Shown here one piece after another: positions 26,742-39,929 of a DNA stretch of 64,000 nucleotides (positions are counted from its first letter, which is position 1; each line of letters opens with the position of its first letter). The stretch is taken from positions 3,720,001-3,784,000 of the forward strand of contig JBHGNT010000002.1 in assembly GCA_043228905.1 (NCBI GenBank), written 5' to 3'. The notes under the pieces are model-generated. The model was given only the letters and a program-made list of their open reading frames with translations, did no database searches and had not been told where the DNA came from. The position numbers were made by a program, and so were the translations under genes. The stretch is from Azolla caroliniana (Eukaryota; Plantae; Polypodiophyta).

Positions 26742-27262
26742 ATATTATATACTCCATTAATATCTCTTAATTCACTAGATGCCATTGTAGAATGTAGGGG
26801 TTGAACCCATGACCACCTGGTCTCCATTGGGCAACCTTACGAGCTGAGCTATACATCCATCTGGGCTCTCTCTCGTCGTAATTAGCTTATCCTATTGGTA
26901 AGTTGTTACACTACCACAAGCAACCAGGTCTTGGGTTCAAAACCAATTTTACCCACCGCTCTATTATATACTCCATTAATATCTCTTAATTCACTAGATG
27001 CCACTGTAGAACGTAGGGGTTGAACCCATGACCACATGGTCTCCATTGGACAACCTTACCAACTGAGCTACATCCATCTAGGCTCTCTCTCTCTCACACA
27101 AGCAACCAGGTCTTGGGTTCAAAACCAATTTTACCCACCGCTCTATTATATACTCCATTAATATCTCTTAATTCACTAGATGCCACTGTAGAACGTAGGG
27201 GTTGAACCCATGACCACATGGTCTCCATTGGACAACCTTACCAACTGAGCTACATCCATCTA

Positions 27263-27306
<44 letters not shown>
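26742..27306. repeat. Tandem array (right part) of the tRNA-like unit, ending in (CT)n
   Basis: Resumes the unit interrupted at 22752 (tattatata|ctccattaatatctc). Further copies at about 26875 and 27096, and (CT)n at 27265-27306. Confidence 0.88.
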
Positions 27307-27310
<4 letters not shown>

Positions 27311-28605
27311 TATGCGTTCACCTAATCTCTACTTCTACGAGCAGTCTTCAATATATCCCTAAACCATAAAATCAGAGGTGGGATTTCTGACAACTAGTGA
27401 ACAACTCCATATGTTAGTCATAAAAGCGACTATATCGCCAAATTTTGCTCAATGAACATTACCTTGGGCAAAAGTGCTACCATCTATACTTGTCAATTTG
27501 AAAACCAAGTCATTTGGATCATGAGATATTATCATGAACCATCACAAATATTCATTATCCAAATCTAACATTTGACAGCCTTGATGGACATATCAAAGGA
27601 TGTCTGTTTAGTTCCAAGATGACTAACTTAACAAAAACTTAGTTAAGCTTCTTTTCAACAAAGAAGGGGCTAAAATCAATGTAGGATGTGATATAGCCAT
27701 GGGCCACATTATTGACCCATATGAAATAAAGTGCAAGAGTTGGTATTCTTATTAGTACTTATGCCTCCTTTAGACAATAATTTAAAAACTCATGATTGAA
27801 TGCTAAAAAAGTAATATTTTATTTCGATGGATAAGATTGACACGCATTTAGAATATAGGCTATTAGAACCCTTCACAGACATGCAAATGATCTTTCTAGC
27901 ACTACAGAAACCATGATCTTTGTAAAAACAAAAAACTAAATGTATATAGAGGTATAATCTTCCACTTACGCTAAGGGTATTCAAGTGGAGATGATTAATG
28001 GTGCTACGTAATAGGTTAAATCTTCAAAAGAGAAAAATAGCTTCATTGCATTGTGCAAGATGTGGTGGAGAAACTTGATGTTATAATAAGTTTTGTGGCA
28101 AGATCTTACACTTATTATGAACCTGCTCACTCTCCACATTTGTATAAAGAATATGTGCATCAAATTTACCCATATTTATTGGGCAAAGGTTTAGGAAAAA
28201 CTTTTGGTTGTCTTGGACAATTTTGAATGTGCTATGACTATCTTATCTCTAAATTTGTAAATTTAAATTATAAGCGGTGAATATATATTCAACAACTATA
28301 TATACAATTTGAATTGTGTTCCTATATATATTGTGTTCGAGAACACTCTAAGAAGCTCAACAACATGAAGCCCCTATATATAGACAAATAAACATGTGAC
28401 ATCACAACCTTTCATTTTTGGTTCAACAATGTTCATAGGCCGAAAAGAGCATGAATCATAAACTATAATCTATTATTACATGCATAGAGATGTCGTTTTT
28501 TGACAAGAATGTTTCTTTAGCCTATCATCTTTTGACTTGGTTGATGTAGAATAAAGTTTGCAAAAGTAGATATCGACAATGATAACTGTCCTACAAGAAG
28601 GTTAT

Positions 28606-28731
28606 CCTAATGGAGATTAAAGGTCTTATGGCACATAAACAAAGAGCAAAAAGTGGATATCATTGTTTCCTAATGGAGATTAAAGATCTTATGGCACATA
28701 AATAAAGAGCAAAAGTGGATATCATTGTTTG
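28606..28731. repeat. Direct tandem duplication, ~63 bp x2
   Basis: cctaatggagattaaag(g/a)tcttatggcacataaa(c/t)aaagagcaaaagtggatatcattgttt occurs twice. Confidence 0.85.
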
Positions 28732-29054
28732 TTACGCAATTTGTGTGTGCAGTGGATTCGATAATAAAGTTTAAGTTTACTCTTCTTTGTTCTCACATTT
28801 GTTCTTGCTTTAGACATGTGCCTTCTGTAACAACAATTCCACTAACTCACCCTTCTTTATCTAGCTTTTCGTAGAGCCCTAGTTTTTTACATTTGTTTCC
28901 TTGAGCTGGCTTAAGCAAAGTTATGGTGTTCCCCTCTTTCTTCATGAAGCTTTTTTCATGGCCTTGACTCAAAATTGGTGCATTTTAGATAGTAGCATAG
29001 ATAGTGTATACATGCATACTGATGTCGATTAATTTAGCTTTACTTAATGTGTGA

Positions 29055-32000
29055 TCAACCGCACATTCTGGTGACATTAATCAACGGCACATTATCTAGA
29101 TTGCCAGAAGAGAAAATGTCCGGAGGAGCATTGACTCTCAATGAAACTCTTTCCTTGGAGGTCGACCTGCTATAAGTGGTGTGACTCATGTTATTTCCAA
29201 GATAAACCACCACTACACTAATATCGTCATGGAAACTTCGTCGTGCACCGGGTCTTATTGGTATAAGGTCTGCATAATGTAACTCTTTGTTTTTCGCAGC
29301 TTGCTTGAGTGCAATTGTCACTAACCTTTTAGCAATACCCTGCAAAGATAGTAAGCATGAAATGGTGTTGGATTAATCAGATGGGATTTATCGAAAGTAA
29401 ATCAATGACAAAAGTTTGATTATGGCACTAAAGAAAAAGTCATTTGCCAAAATATGCAACAAAATGTAATACGACAAAAAATCTTCTAAACGAATGTGTT
29501 TAGCTTTGTCATAACTTCCTGCATTTACTTCATGAAAGGGAAGCTTAACCACTCCGATCAGTAAAAGACAATCGCTACAAACTCACAAAACATTTGATGA
29601 AATCTTGATAAACTATCGCTTCGATTTACTTCATGAAATATGAAAGGGAAGCTTAACCTATCCGATCAGTAAAAGACAATCGCTACAAACTCACAAAACA
29701 TTTGATGAAAGCTTGATAAACTATCGCTTCGATTTACTTCATGAAATATGAAAGGGAAGCTTAACCTATCCGATCAGTAAAAGACAATCACTACAAATTC
29801 ACAAAAGATTAGATGAAATCTCGATGAACTATCGCTTTGATTACTGCAAAAGAAACCAAACACCATGACATGCTAATGCATTATTTTGCTTACATTGCTT
29901 GGGCCTTTCTGTACAATGTCAACCGCTTCTTGGTCTGTCATCACATCCCACAATCCATCGGACGCAAAGATTAGAAATCGATCTGCAGAGCTGAGCAGCC
30001 TTTCGTGAACAGATGGTTTCGCCGACAGCACACCCTTTTCACAACACGCATTTGTACCTAAAAGAGAATCCGTATCCGAAGAGGGACGCTTCAAATACAC
30101 ATCCCCGATGGATCTTGAAACCTGTATTCATTTAGAAACAATCACATACAACATAAAATGCTTTAGCCACCATCAACATTATCAAAATGTGTACCAAAAA
30201 CACCATCCAAATTTTGCAAATAAAAGAAAAGGAAAATTCAGTACTAACCAAGATGCAACTGAGACCCAAATAATCTGGATTTGGCAATGATAGGGAAAAT
30301 GCAAGAAGATTAAGACGCAATTAACTACAGAAATAATGCAGGGAATAAAAGGCAAGTGTTCGCAATCAGAATAACCTGAGAGGAAATTTAAGGATATTGA
30401 TCGTAGATTAGATGTATTAAGAAGTAATTCGACAATATGGAAAGAATTGATTAATGGATATATTGAAGAGACCATTGATCATAGACAGGAGCTATTGCAA
30501 ATTGGAGTTTGGTAAGAAGTGATGAAAACACAAATCCTTGAAAAGCAAAATCACAGATAAAACTTGTAAATGTTTTTTTTGTAAATTTTTCAAAATTTTA
30601 AATAACTTGGGCAAATTTTAATTTTGATTGATTTATTGAAACCATGATTTAATTGCAAATTCTCCTCGAAAGTTGTTTTTTTACTCACTTGAATAATGCC
30701 TTTCACTCTCCACACACCATGTTTAAGTGTGACTATGTCTGAATCATCCGGATGTTGTGCTTTAAGCTCATCACGAACCTCAGCATAGCTAGCATTATGT
30801 TCTTGTGATAGCCTCACTGCTACCATTCCATCATTTTGCTTATTAGTCCCTAATACAACTCTTGAATCTCCTAGATTTGCGATATATAGATGATTTCCAT
30901 ATATGACCCCAACGAGGCAGCATGATCCCACAGACATCATACGAGGTTTAGACCGCCCATGTTTCTGTACTAAAGCCACAAACTCTTCTTCTATTGCACC
31001 AAATGCTTGCTTGAGAACTTTGGATGATATCATGCCTCCTGATTCTCTTGTGAAAACTGCTCAGGAATATACACAAATCCATGGTTGAGACATGAACAGA
31101 AACATGCCAATGAGACACTGGCTCAAAAATAACAAACATAAAACAAGATGATAATGAACATTAGGAGAATGGGTAATAACATGATAACTACAGTTAAAAA
31201 TCATGTTGGCATATACTAATCAGTGTGTTAAGACATGATGATGGAACATGCTCATGAACATACTAACTAAGTTTAAACATGAAGAAACATGGCCAGAGAA
31301 ACAGTAAACATGGCTAAGAATTGGTTCATGACACTTGTAAGTAGTAAGTATCATAGACAAAACATAAAAGGGAAATGGTGCCTATAGTTAAAAGAGAAGA
31401 AGAAAAAACTTGCACATGCTCATGAATATGGTGACTAGATTTAAGACATGATGGTAAGCTGGTTACATCATTGAGAAACATGGTCATGAACCCGGTAATG
31501 AGACATGCTCAGAAACATGGTAAACCATGGTTAAATAATTAAGAAACATGGTCATGACCTCAGAAGCTATGGATAAATCTATTACATGGTAAAACATGTT
31601 CATACAGAAGCTAACCATTGTCAAATCATTAAGAATACATGACCCCAGTAACCATGGACAAAACATGGTGAAACATCCTCATGTGCATCATAACCATTGT
31701 TAAATCATGGAGAAACATGGCCATGAACAATGGTAACCATGGATAAAAAGTGGTGACATATTATGCTCATAAACATGGTTAAGACACACTAAAAAATCAT
31801 GAAGAACCTGAATATTATTAACTATGATTAACAACAACATGAGATGTGAAAATCATGCAGAAACATGGTAATTATGATAAAAAAAACCATGAAGAAACAT
31901 GGTAACTGTGGTTAAAAAAAATGAACAATGGCTAAAACATGAAGGCATATGGCATAGAGCTAGAGTGAATTCCTAAGAATTCTTCTTACACTCGATCTTC

Positions 32001-32404
32001 GGAAACAGGCATTTGGAGATGAATCGCGAAGCATCAGGGCCACCATGGCCATCATAAATACCGACAAAGGTACCAGATTTCCCTATCTTAACCTGGCATT
32101 GATCTTCAAGAGAAGCATTAGCTTGCACCACAGCCATGGAGATGAAACCAACATTATCTCCAGAGCTCAATTCTGAACCTTTCTTGACGATATCTTTATG
32201 CCACAAAAGATCATCTCGAAGATGAAGGTGAGAAGGGTTACGGTTATAGTTAGGGTTAGGGTTAGGGTTATGGTTAGGGTTAGGGTTATGATTAGGGTTA
32301 GGGGTAGGGTTAGGGTGAGGATGGCATGAATCCATCACTTTTGTACCAATTTGAATGTAATGATTTATAAGCTTCTTACAAGAAGACAAGATGTTCATCT
32401 TCAT
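29055..32404 (-). CDS. Protein phosphatase 2C, clade D type (4 exons)
   Basis: Exons 31990-32404 ([43 protein letters not shown]), 30689-31056 ([35 protein letters not shown]), 29894-30121 ([22 protein letters not shown]) and 29055-29339 ([22 protein letters not shown]). All junctions are GT-AG and in frame. Confidence 0.95.
29523..29845. repeat. Intronic tandem repeat, ~108-bp unit x3 (PP2C intron 3)
   Basis: tttacttcatgaaatatgaaagggaagcttaacctatccgatcagtaaaagacaatcgctacaaactcacaaaa... repeated three times. Confidence 0.88.
31080..31950. repeat. Degenerate AAACATGG/AACCATGG-rich cryptic repeat filling PP2C intron 1
   Basis: Dozens of (a)aacatgg(t) and aaccatgg motifs. Confidence 0.7.
32234..32320. 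repeat. TTAGGG-type hexamer tract inside PP2C exon 1 (encodes [10 protein letters not shown])
   Basis: agggttacggttatagttagggttagggttagggttatggttagggttagggttatgattagggttaggggtagggttagggtgag. Confidence 0.9.
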
Positions 32405-32762
32405 GACTAATCTCTAGGCTAAGATCAGAAAGAAGAAGAAGAAGAAGCAAAGGGAGTGAGAGCTATATCTCTTTTTCTGTCAAGTCTCAAGAAGTGCTTG
32501 TCTACAGAAGCGGGGCGATAGTGATTACTTCTATGATTTCAGCGGGCTATGGAGACATGGCCATTCCTGTATCTCTCTCTCTCTCTTCTCTGTTTTTCTC
32601 TTCTGCAGAGGAGAGGAACAGAGTAATGGTCGAATAAAAAGTTTTTGCTTTTGCTTTTGCTTTTGTTAAGGTTTTTGTATTTATATTTTTGGCCCTCCTT
32701 TTTAAAGTATTTATTTTTGGTGTACTTCTTCTTTTGAGAAGAAGAGGCCTACTACATACATA

Positions 32763-33245
32763 CATGAACCGTTTAAATTTTCATTGTTTTAAATATTAAT
32801 TTTCCAAAAATTTAAAGATTTTCTAAAAATGTGAGAACAAAGCTTTAAAATGGAAATATTGTTTAAAAAATATTTAAAACTTTAAAATAAAATTTTTAAA
32901 AATTTAAAACTATTAAACCATTTAAACGTGGTTTCTATTCTTCGAAAACCGAACCGAACCGTTTTTAAAATTTTGAACATGAACCGAACCGTTTAAACCA
33001 TTAAGCCGTTAAGCCACAATTTCACGGTTCAGGAATCGTTGCCGATTGTGACATATATATTATATCCTTTTTAAAAATTAAAAAATAAATAAAAACTATT
33101 AAACCATTTAAACGTGGTTTCTATCTATCGAAAACCGAACCGAACCGTTTAAAACAACTTGAACATGAACCGAACCGTTTAAACCATTAAGCCGTTAAGC
33201 CGCAGTTTCACGGTTCAGGAATCGTTGCCGATTGTGACATATATG
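32763..33245. mobile_element. AT-rich MITE-like element with AACCG subterminal motifs and a duplicated end
   Basis: Begins catgaaccgtt; cacggttcagg ends at about 33032 and again at about 33219; clusters of aaccgaaccgaaccg; ~155-bp duplication (about 32905-33060 vs 33093-33245). Confidence 0.55.
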
Positions 33246-34285
33246 TATATATATCCTTCTTCTTTCTTTCTTCTTCTTTCTTCTTCTTCTGGGTGGCTTC
33301 TTCTGTAGCACGTTTGCGAATCCGAGACAAGAATATCTTTTATCGAGAGAGACGTGTGTATATGCGTGTGTGTTTTTGTGCGTGCGTCTAACTCAATCTT
33401 GCTCTTCCACAACCGGGGCCCCACGATTGATCCTTTGGTACTACGGTCCGTAAGTTACTTCTGTCTTCTCACACCTTGGGAGAGATAGACATGCAACAAT
33501 GTTTGTGGCCCCTTTGGCGCGCTCTGTAGACCTCTGTTCCTGATCCTCCAAAAGGCCAACGAGTGTGTCCCCTCTACCTAACTCATTATTCTCACAGTAA
33601 AGCAAAGGGGAAACAGTACACTTTTGCTTCTTCTTTTTATGTTGTTGCCGTGCGGAAGACGGAAACTCCCAAGTCACCATATGTTTGACATTAATTTGCT
33701 AGAATTTCCACAAAAGTGCCCAATACATACACACCACACCTCACCCTTCACGTTGTTAAATTTGACAAGGTGCTTCTGAGATGTGTAATCAACTTATATG
33801 TGCCACTTTTTCGATTTCACACTGTCAGTCGCACAATGACATCCAGTGCTTTTTATGGGATGTGTAATCAACTTACGTGCGTAATGTTTTCAATTTCACA
33901 CTGTCAGTCAAACAGTGACATCCAATGCTTTATATTTCATAATCCAATTCAGTGCGTCATTTACCAACTACCTCTCTGAATTGAGTAAAGTTTATATGAG
34001 AACTCAAAGTCGTGGCTATACAAATTTGTAAATGTGTTTAGCATATGTTACCATCAAGAAAAGGTGACCATTGTGCCATTCATGCTTTTTTGTACTTCCT
34101 AGCTTGGGGAATTGCACTCCCATTTGTTCTCACTATGCAACAACCAATACCTACTTACTTGTCCCTTATATTTATGATTTTGGGGTTTTTAATACTTTGG
34201 TTGCCCAACAAAGAATAGTTTATATTAGTAAAGTTGAGAAGCTTTTATCATCGACACCATTTACACATAATACAGTTATTTTTAG

Positions 34286-34647
34286 CATAGTTGTTTAGAG
34301 TACGTTTAGAATACTCTGAAGTATTCTACACTTATTCTACGTTTTAGAACTGCCGTTTTTAAAATTTTGATGTATTCTACGTATTCTAAATTTTTGATGT
34401 ATTCTACGTATTTAACAAGTATTTATCATTTAAAAATAAAATCTTTTTTTAAAAAATAAAAACTTTAAATTTTAAGAAATATTTAACGTATTTTACAAGT
34501 ATTCTACATGTATTCTAAGTATTCTACATGTATTCTAAGTATTTAACGTACTTTATCTATAAAATACGTATTCTAAGTATTTTTTTTTTAAAGTTAGAAT
34601 ACTTGTAGAATACGTATTTTATTGTACGCGTATTTTATGCTAACTAT
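34286..34647. mobile_element. MITE-like element with CATAGTT...AACTAT ends and internal GTATTCTA repeats
   Basis: Ends catagttgtttagagtacg and cgcgtattttatgctaactat; many gtattcta motifs, inverted (tagaatac) near the ends; flanks tttag/tttac. Confidence 0.55.
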
Positions 34648-37600
34648 TTTACAACAATGATTTTTAGTATGTTTGAGAAATATCCACCTTTTTCACAAGT
34701 CATGAAGCTTGATCAATCATTATCACGATAAGGCACCCTGCCATATTTTAATGTAGATTTTACAAAGAGTGGATATAAGGTCAATGACCCACCTCCCCTT
34801 GGGCCCCTTTAGGTTGAGGTTGAGAAAAAGACTACTAGATAATGCAAACTTTTAACTAACAATGGCTTCTTGATTTGTTGACGGGATGATTCTCACATTG
34901 CGATACGGTTACACATAGAACTTCCTAGGACCTTTCACATGACATTGAAAGACATTCAAACAAAAGCCTTAAATATGTCGATGATTCAAACCCACATGAT
35001 TTATGTCCATACACATTAACATGATAATCATAGGTATTAACCGTAGCGCTGAATCATGATCAAGTTGATATGGATAAAGCTATTGGGATTGAGAACTTAG
35101 TTATTTCCAATAGTTGATAATATTGTATTGAAGAAAAAAAATATATGTATTCTATTGTAATTTGCCCCAATTCTTCTTTGAAATTGTAAAACCGCAATGT
35201 GTTACTAGGTGTCATTTTAGCATAACTAAAAAACAATACACCATTCAAGCATACATACATCCAACATCGAAGTTGTTCAAGAAGAACAATTGTGAGTTAC
35301 AAACTTACAAGAAAAAAAAACGGTTCATTGTTAAGAGAAGCTTTATTATTACTTGAGGAGCATGGCCTAATTAATTAGTTTGTAGTGAAACCCATTAATG
35401 CACTACATGATAGGTTCAAATCCTAAAATGGCAATAATGTGGTCCATATGAAGAAAGAGTCAAAATGCTTCTTTAAGATGATATAGTCTACATGCAAATG
35501 GGCATGGATGGACCCACCCTTCACAATATAACATTATATTGTTTATGCAATATCGTGTAGGAATAGATGACCTACTTCATGCGAAAAAGTGTTCCACATC
35601 AATAATCAATATCACAATCCGTAGCACTTAGGGGTCACCAAAGTCTAACAAACTAGCTATGGCATATGATTCTTATTGAACGAGTTGTGGAAGCACTTGA
35701 TATGTCAATGTTAGAGAATGTAGTAAACAAGGGATAAATTAAAAAATCATTAGGAATGCTACAAATGTGAAAGTGTGGCCTCAAAGGGAAACACTTTGAA
35801 GTTAAACATTTATGATACAACAGAAAGAAACATCATGTATCCTCGAGGCATGATTGGAAGAGTTTTTCTAGAATCATATTGGGTTACCAAATGTACCTTT
35901 GTGTGATCAATTTCGAGTAAAATCAAGCCCATGCAAGGGCCAAGTATTTGCTACTATAAACCATCAAGGACCCATTTAAAACTTAGAAAACCCATGACGA
36001 CATGTTTTAGGGAGTATGAAAATCGAGGACTTGCTTTCATATCAAATACGAGCATAGAGGGAAGAAAACATCAGTGACCAATGTTCACAATATTCACATT
36101 GATTGACTGTGCGACCTTGCCTATGCATGTTAAACGACATTGATTGGTCTAGAAAGTGTTATGGAAGTGCATGGTAGGTACACAAATGGCGATGCTTACA
36201 CTTCTTTAATTTATCATGGCACGATTCAAGTCCTATGAATTTAGTACAACATTTAAGGACAAATGTTTTTATGTTGCATTAAGTTTATTAACCTAAAAAA
36301 CACTTTATAATAGTGATAATGGTCACTACTAATGATGGGGTTGTCATGAAATGAGAGTTACAAGTCAAACTTGAATATATTGATAATAACTAAGGTTGGG
36401 AATTTACACTGATATATATATATATATATTATATTATATGGGCTTTCTAGAACTTTGATTTTTAATCTTGTGGTTGGTCATGTGAGAATCTTTTAGTTGT
36501 CTGAATTGTTTATTAGTCTATTCTAATCTTTAGGAGTCTTACATATATTGCAAGTTTTGAATGAACTTGAGACTTGCTTAGATTGTTGACCTAAATGAGA
36601 GTTTTTCTAGTGCCACATTCCTCACATGAAATGTAAGAAACTATGTTGTTCAGCTTTGCAAGATAAAAACAAGTGTATCTCAAGTACAATAGTAGCCGTG
36701 CCATTTGTTCTATCCATGATTGCATAAGGATATTATACAAGTGTTCACCTAAACATATTACCAAAGGAAGTTGATCTATAACAACAAATACTATAGATCG
36801 CCATATCTAAGAGTGGCTCTTTTTAACCAACGTAGAAAAAACCACACCTCTAAGATTGCTTATCCATAAACTCTTATAGAAGTGTAGAAAGGTTATGTAA
36901 GTTTCTTGAGAATAGACATGATAAAGTGTTTTTTAAAAGGTGTGAATGAGAATATTGCTTGTGCACGTAAGTTGCTTCAAATTTTATCGACTACATTTTG
37001 ACATTGAATCCTTTATGCATGCATATATGTGTAAATTTTAAGTTTGACATTAATAAAGTAGAAAATGAGGCCCATCAATGGAAGCTGAACCAGAAGTTTG
37101 ACATAGTTCTCACGTGCTATCGTTATTGCTATTATGCCGACTTAATGCAAACAGTTAATACTTTCTTTAAGGATATGATGATTAAGATTTATAACAAAAA
37201 CTTAAAGACAAAATTTTGCTCATTTGGATTCACAATATTTATTTTGTGAAGAGATATAAGATTCCTTTGTTTGAAAGGAACATGTCTTACTACATGTGGA
37301 TTGATTTGATATTTTGAACTTTCATACATAGACAAATGAGAGGATGTTAGAGCCAAACCATCCTTGCACCCATCCAATATCAACAAACAAACACAATAAT
37401 TATTTCAATCTATCAATATTTAATGTCTTTTTTTATATGCATGCTTGTCAATGGTCATATACACAATAATTGGTCCACGAATCTATCAACCTAAGTAAAA
37501 GTGTAATACATGTTATAGTTTACCATATTTTTTGTGTGTTTGTGTAACAACAAACACATGTGCAACATGCTTTACATATGCTACTCATTCTACCAAAATC

Positions 37601-39369
37601 TCTAATGGCTTGGTTGATATGTGTATGGCTAATAAATAAATCGAGATCATTTTCTTGTATAGCAATATGTAAGCATATCCTTGTCTTAAATGTCTTTGTT
37701 AAAATACTAATAAAGAAAGGATAACTTTCATAATCTTGATTCTTGATCATGAAGGTTTTAGGTGGAAAGAACAATACATATTAAAATAACTTGTTAACAA
37801 ATGCTTTCTCCAAATTAACGAAGTTATGAAATGTCAGAACTTCGATTGGGATAAACTTTAAGAAATGGGATATGCTTAAACTCTTCATGTGATCTAGATA
37901 TGTTTAAACTCTTCATGGATCTGGTATTTCTGTCTACAAGGTTTCGAAAGGACTATTAGTAGGAGGTTTCCTAGAGGTGGTTGGTACAATTGTGAATCTC
38001 CTATGGTCGAAGGTTTATACAAGTGTTCTCCATCAGTTTAATATGCACAATACTAAGTTAGGATGACATAAACATATCAAGTAAAGCAATATAGATCTAG
38101 AGTAGAAGATGACAAGGAATACCAAAGTCATTGTGGCCAAATATTGTAATGTTAAATGCGTAATTCTGCATGAAAATCAATGTCCAATGAATTGCCAATA
38201 AATTTCTCCTTTTCACAAAAGCCTTAAAATTGAGAAGCAACATCTCAACAAAGAGCACCCAACTTTGTCGCACACCAAGAAATGCTCAAGCACGCTAAAA
38301 AGTAAATGCATCGACAATAAGAAAGAAGAAAAGAACATATTGGTTGACACAACAAACCTAATTGAGAAGCTTGTTTAGAGCTATAAAACTTGAAAGGACT
38401 TGTGTATGTAGTTCAAGAACTTATATGACCAACCAAATGTGGGGTACATTAGGCATCATGATTCTCTTTCATTTATATTTACTATATTTCATTGTTTGTT
38501 TGTTTGTAATGTAACGATAAAAAGACAAAACGGAAAGTTGAAATGAAGAGCTAAGCTCGTTTGAAATTTTCTTTGTTTAGATCTTTCATAAAATTTGCTA
38601 TGGTAAAGTAGATGAGCAAAGAGAAGGTTACGAGTTCTTGAAAGGTACTACAACTTTGTAGGAATTCTTGAAAATCATATAGTATCCTCATATACGAAGC
38701 ATCACAAAGTGACATGTTCTTCTTCTTTTGGTACGTTACGGCAACATAGGTCACGTCTTTTGGTTTGATGCTCAATAATTGGCCAACCCCTAGCCTCCAA
38801 TTTGAATGTAAGTGAGCGCACATGCATTAATGTGACAACACATCTTGTTGATTTAGGCATGTGGTTGCAAGATCTTAAACATAGCTCTATTTTGTGTCTT
38901 CATTTTGTGTGGAGCATTTCCAATCTAGTTGAGTGAAAACAAGTACTCACATTATCTTATCTTTGTCTTTTCCTATAAGTGGACATTTTAATATTCTTTG
39001 CCATGCCATCTTCCAAACCGTAATTGGATGTCTTAGATCCATGTGGTGAAAGAAAGAAATTTGCGTTTGAAGTTTTTATGTGATAAGCATCCAATTTCTC
39101 ACACAACCTTGGGAAGTTGATTTTGTGAGATTGCCCTTGTGTCAAGTGCATTGTCCGAAAATCTTTAGAATGCATAGACTCCATCATCCTTTTTCTCGAG
39201 TTTTATGTTATAAGCATCCAATTTCTCATGCAACCTTGCGAAGTTGATTTTATGACGTTTCTCTTATGCTCTACTACATAGTTCTAAAATATTTAGAATG
39301 CATAGACTCCATTATCCTTCATTTTGTCTCTAGAAGCATTAAGAAGTTCCGGGTTGCATCTTAACACAT

Positions 39370-39796
39370 TCTCCATAAACCTATGTTCCATTAAGTATAG
39401 TGTGCATTACTCATGCATTTGCCATTGAATACAAATACTCTAGCGCCTCATCTTTGAGTTGTACTCAAAGAGGCATAGGTCCTCAATTCTTTTGGTTGTG
39501 TTGGCTTCCATTCTCCTAATTGTCAATTCCAAGGCATTTAAACTTAACACATAAATGGAGGCACAAACTTTTTTCTTGTGTATTTTCTCCATGTCATTCA
39601 TAAGCGTCTCAAACTACTTTCTCCATAAACCTATGTTCCATTAAGTATAGTGTGCATTACTCATGCATTTGCCATTGAATACAAATACTCTAGCGCCTCA
39701 TCTTTGAGTTGTACCTCAAAGAGGCATAGGTCCTCAATTCTTTTGGTTGTGTTGGCTTCCATTCTCCTAATTGTCAATTCCAAGGCATTTAAACTT
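39370..39796. repeat. Direct duplication, ~175 bp x2
   Basis: tctccataaacctatgttccattaag...caaggcatttaaactt at about 39370 and 39620. Confidence 0.85.
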
Positions 39797-39929
39797 TATG
39801 AACCACTTCAATTGCCTCTTTGTCATAATACATCATTGCCTAGTCTCTTTTAACTTTGGTTTCAATTGCAACTTTTGATCATGGTCAAGTTTGATTGTTG
39901 GGCCCCTATGCTTATAGAATTGTTTTTAC

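Noticed and set aside
26790-26860. Functional tRNA gene on the minus strand
   Set aside because: A/B boxes are present, but the anticodon arm does not form a canonical 5-bp stem and 7-nt loop, and the copies are degenerate and tandem. Treated as tRNA-derived.
35360-35430. Isolated B-box-like GGTTCAAATCC (similar weak hits near 12175 and 59405)
   Set aside because: No convincing paired A-box or cloverleaf. Possibly very old SINE remnants, but not supportable by eye.
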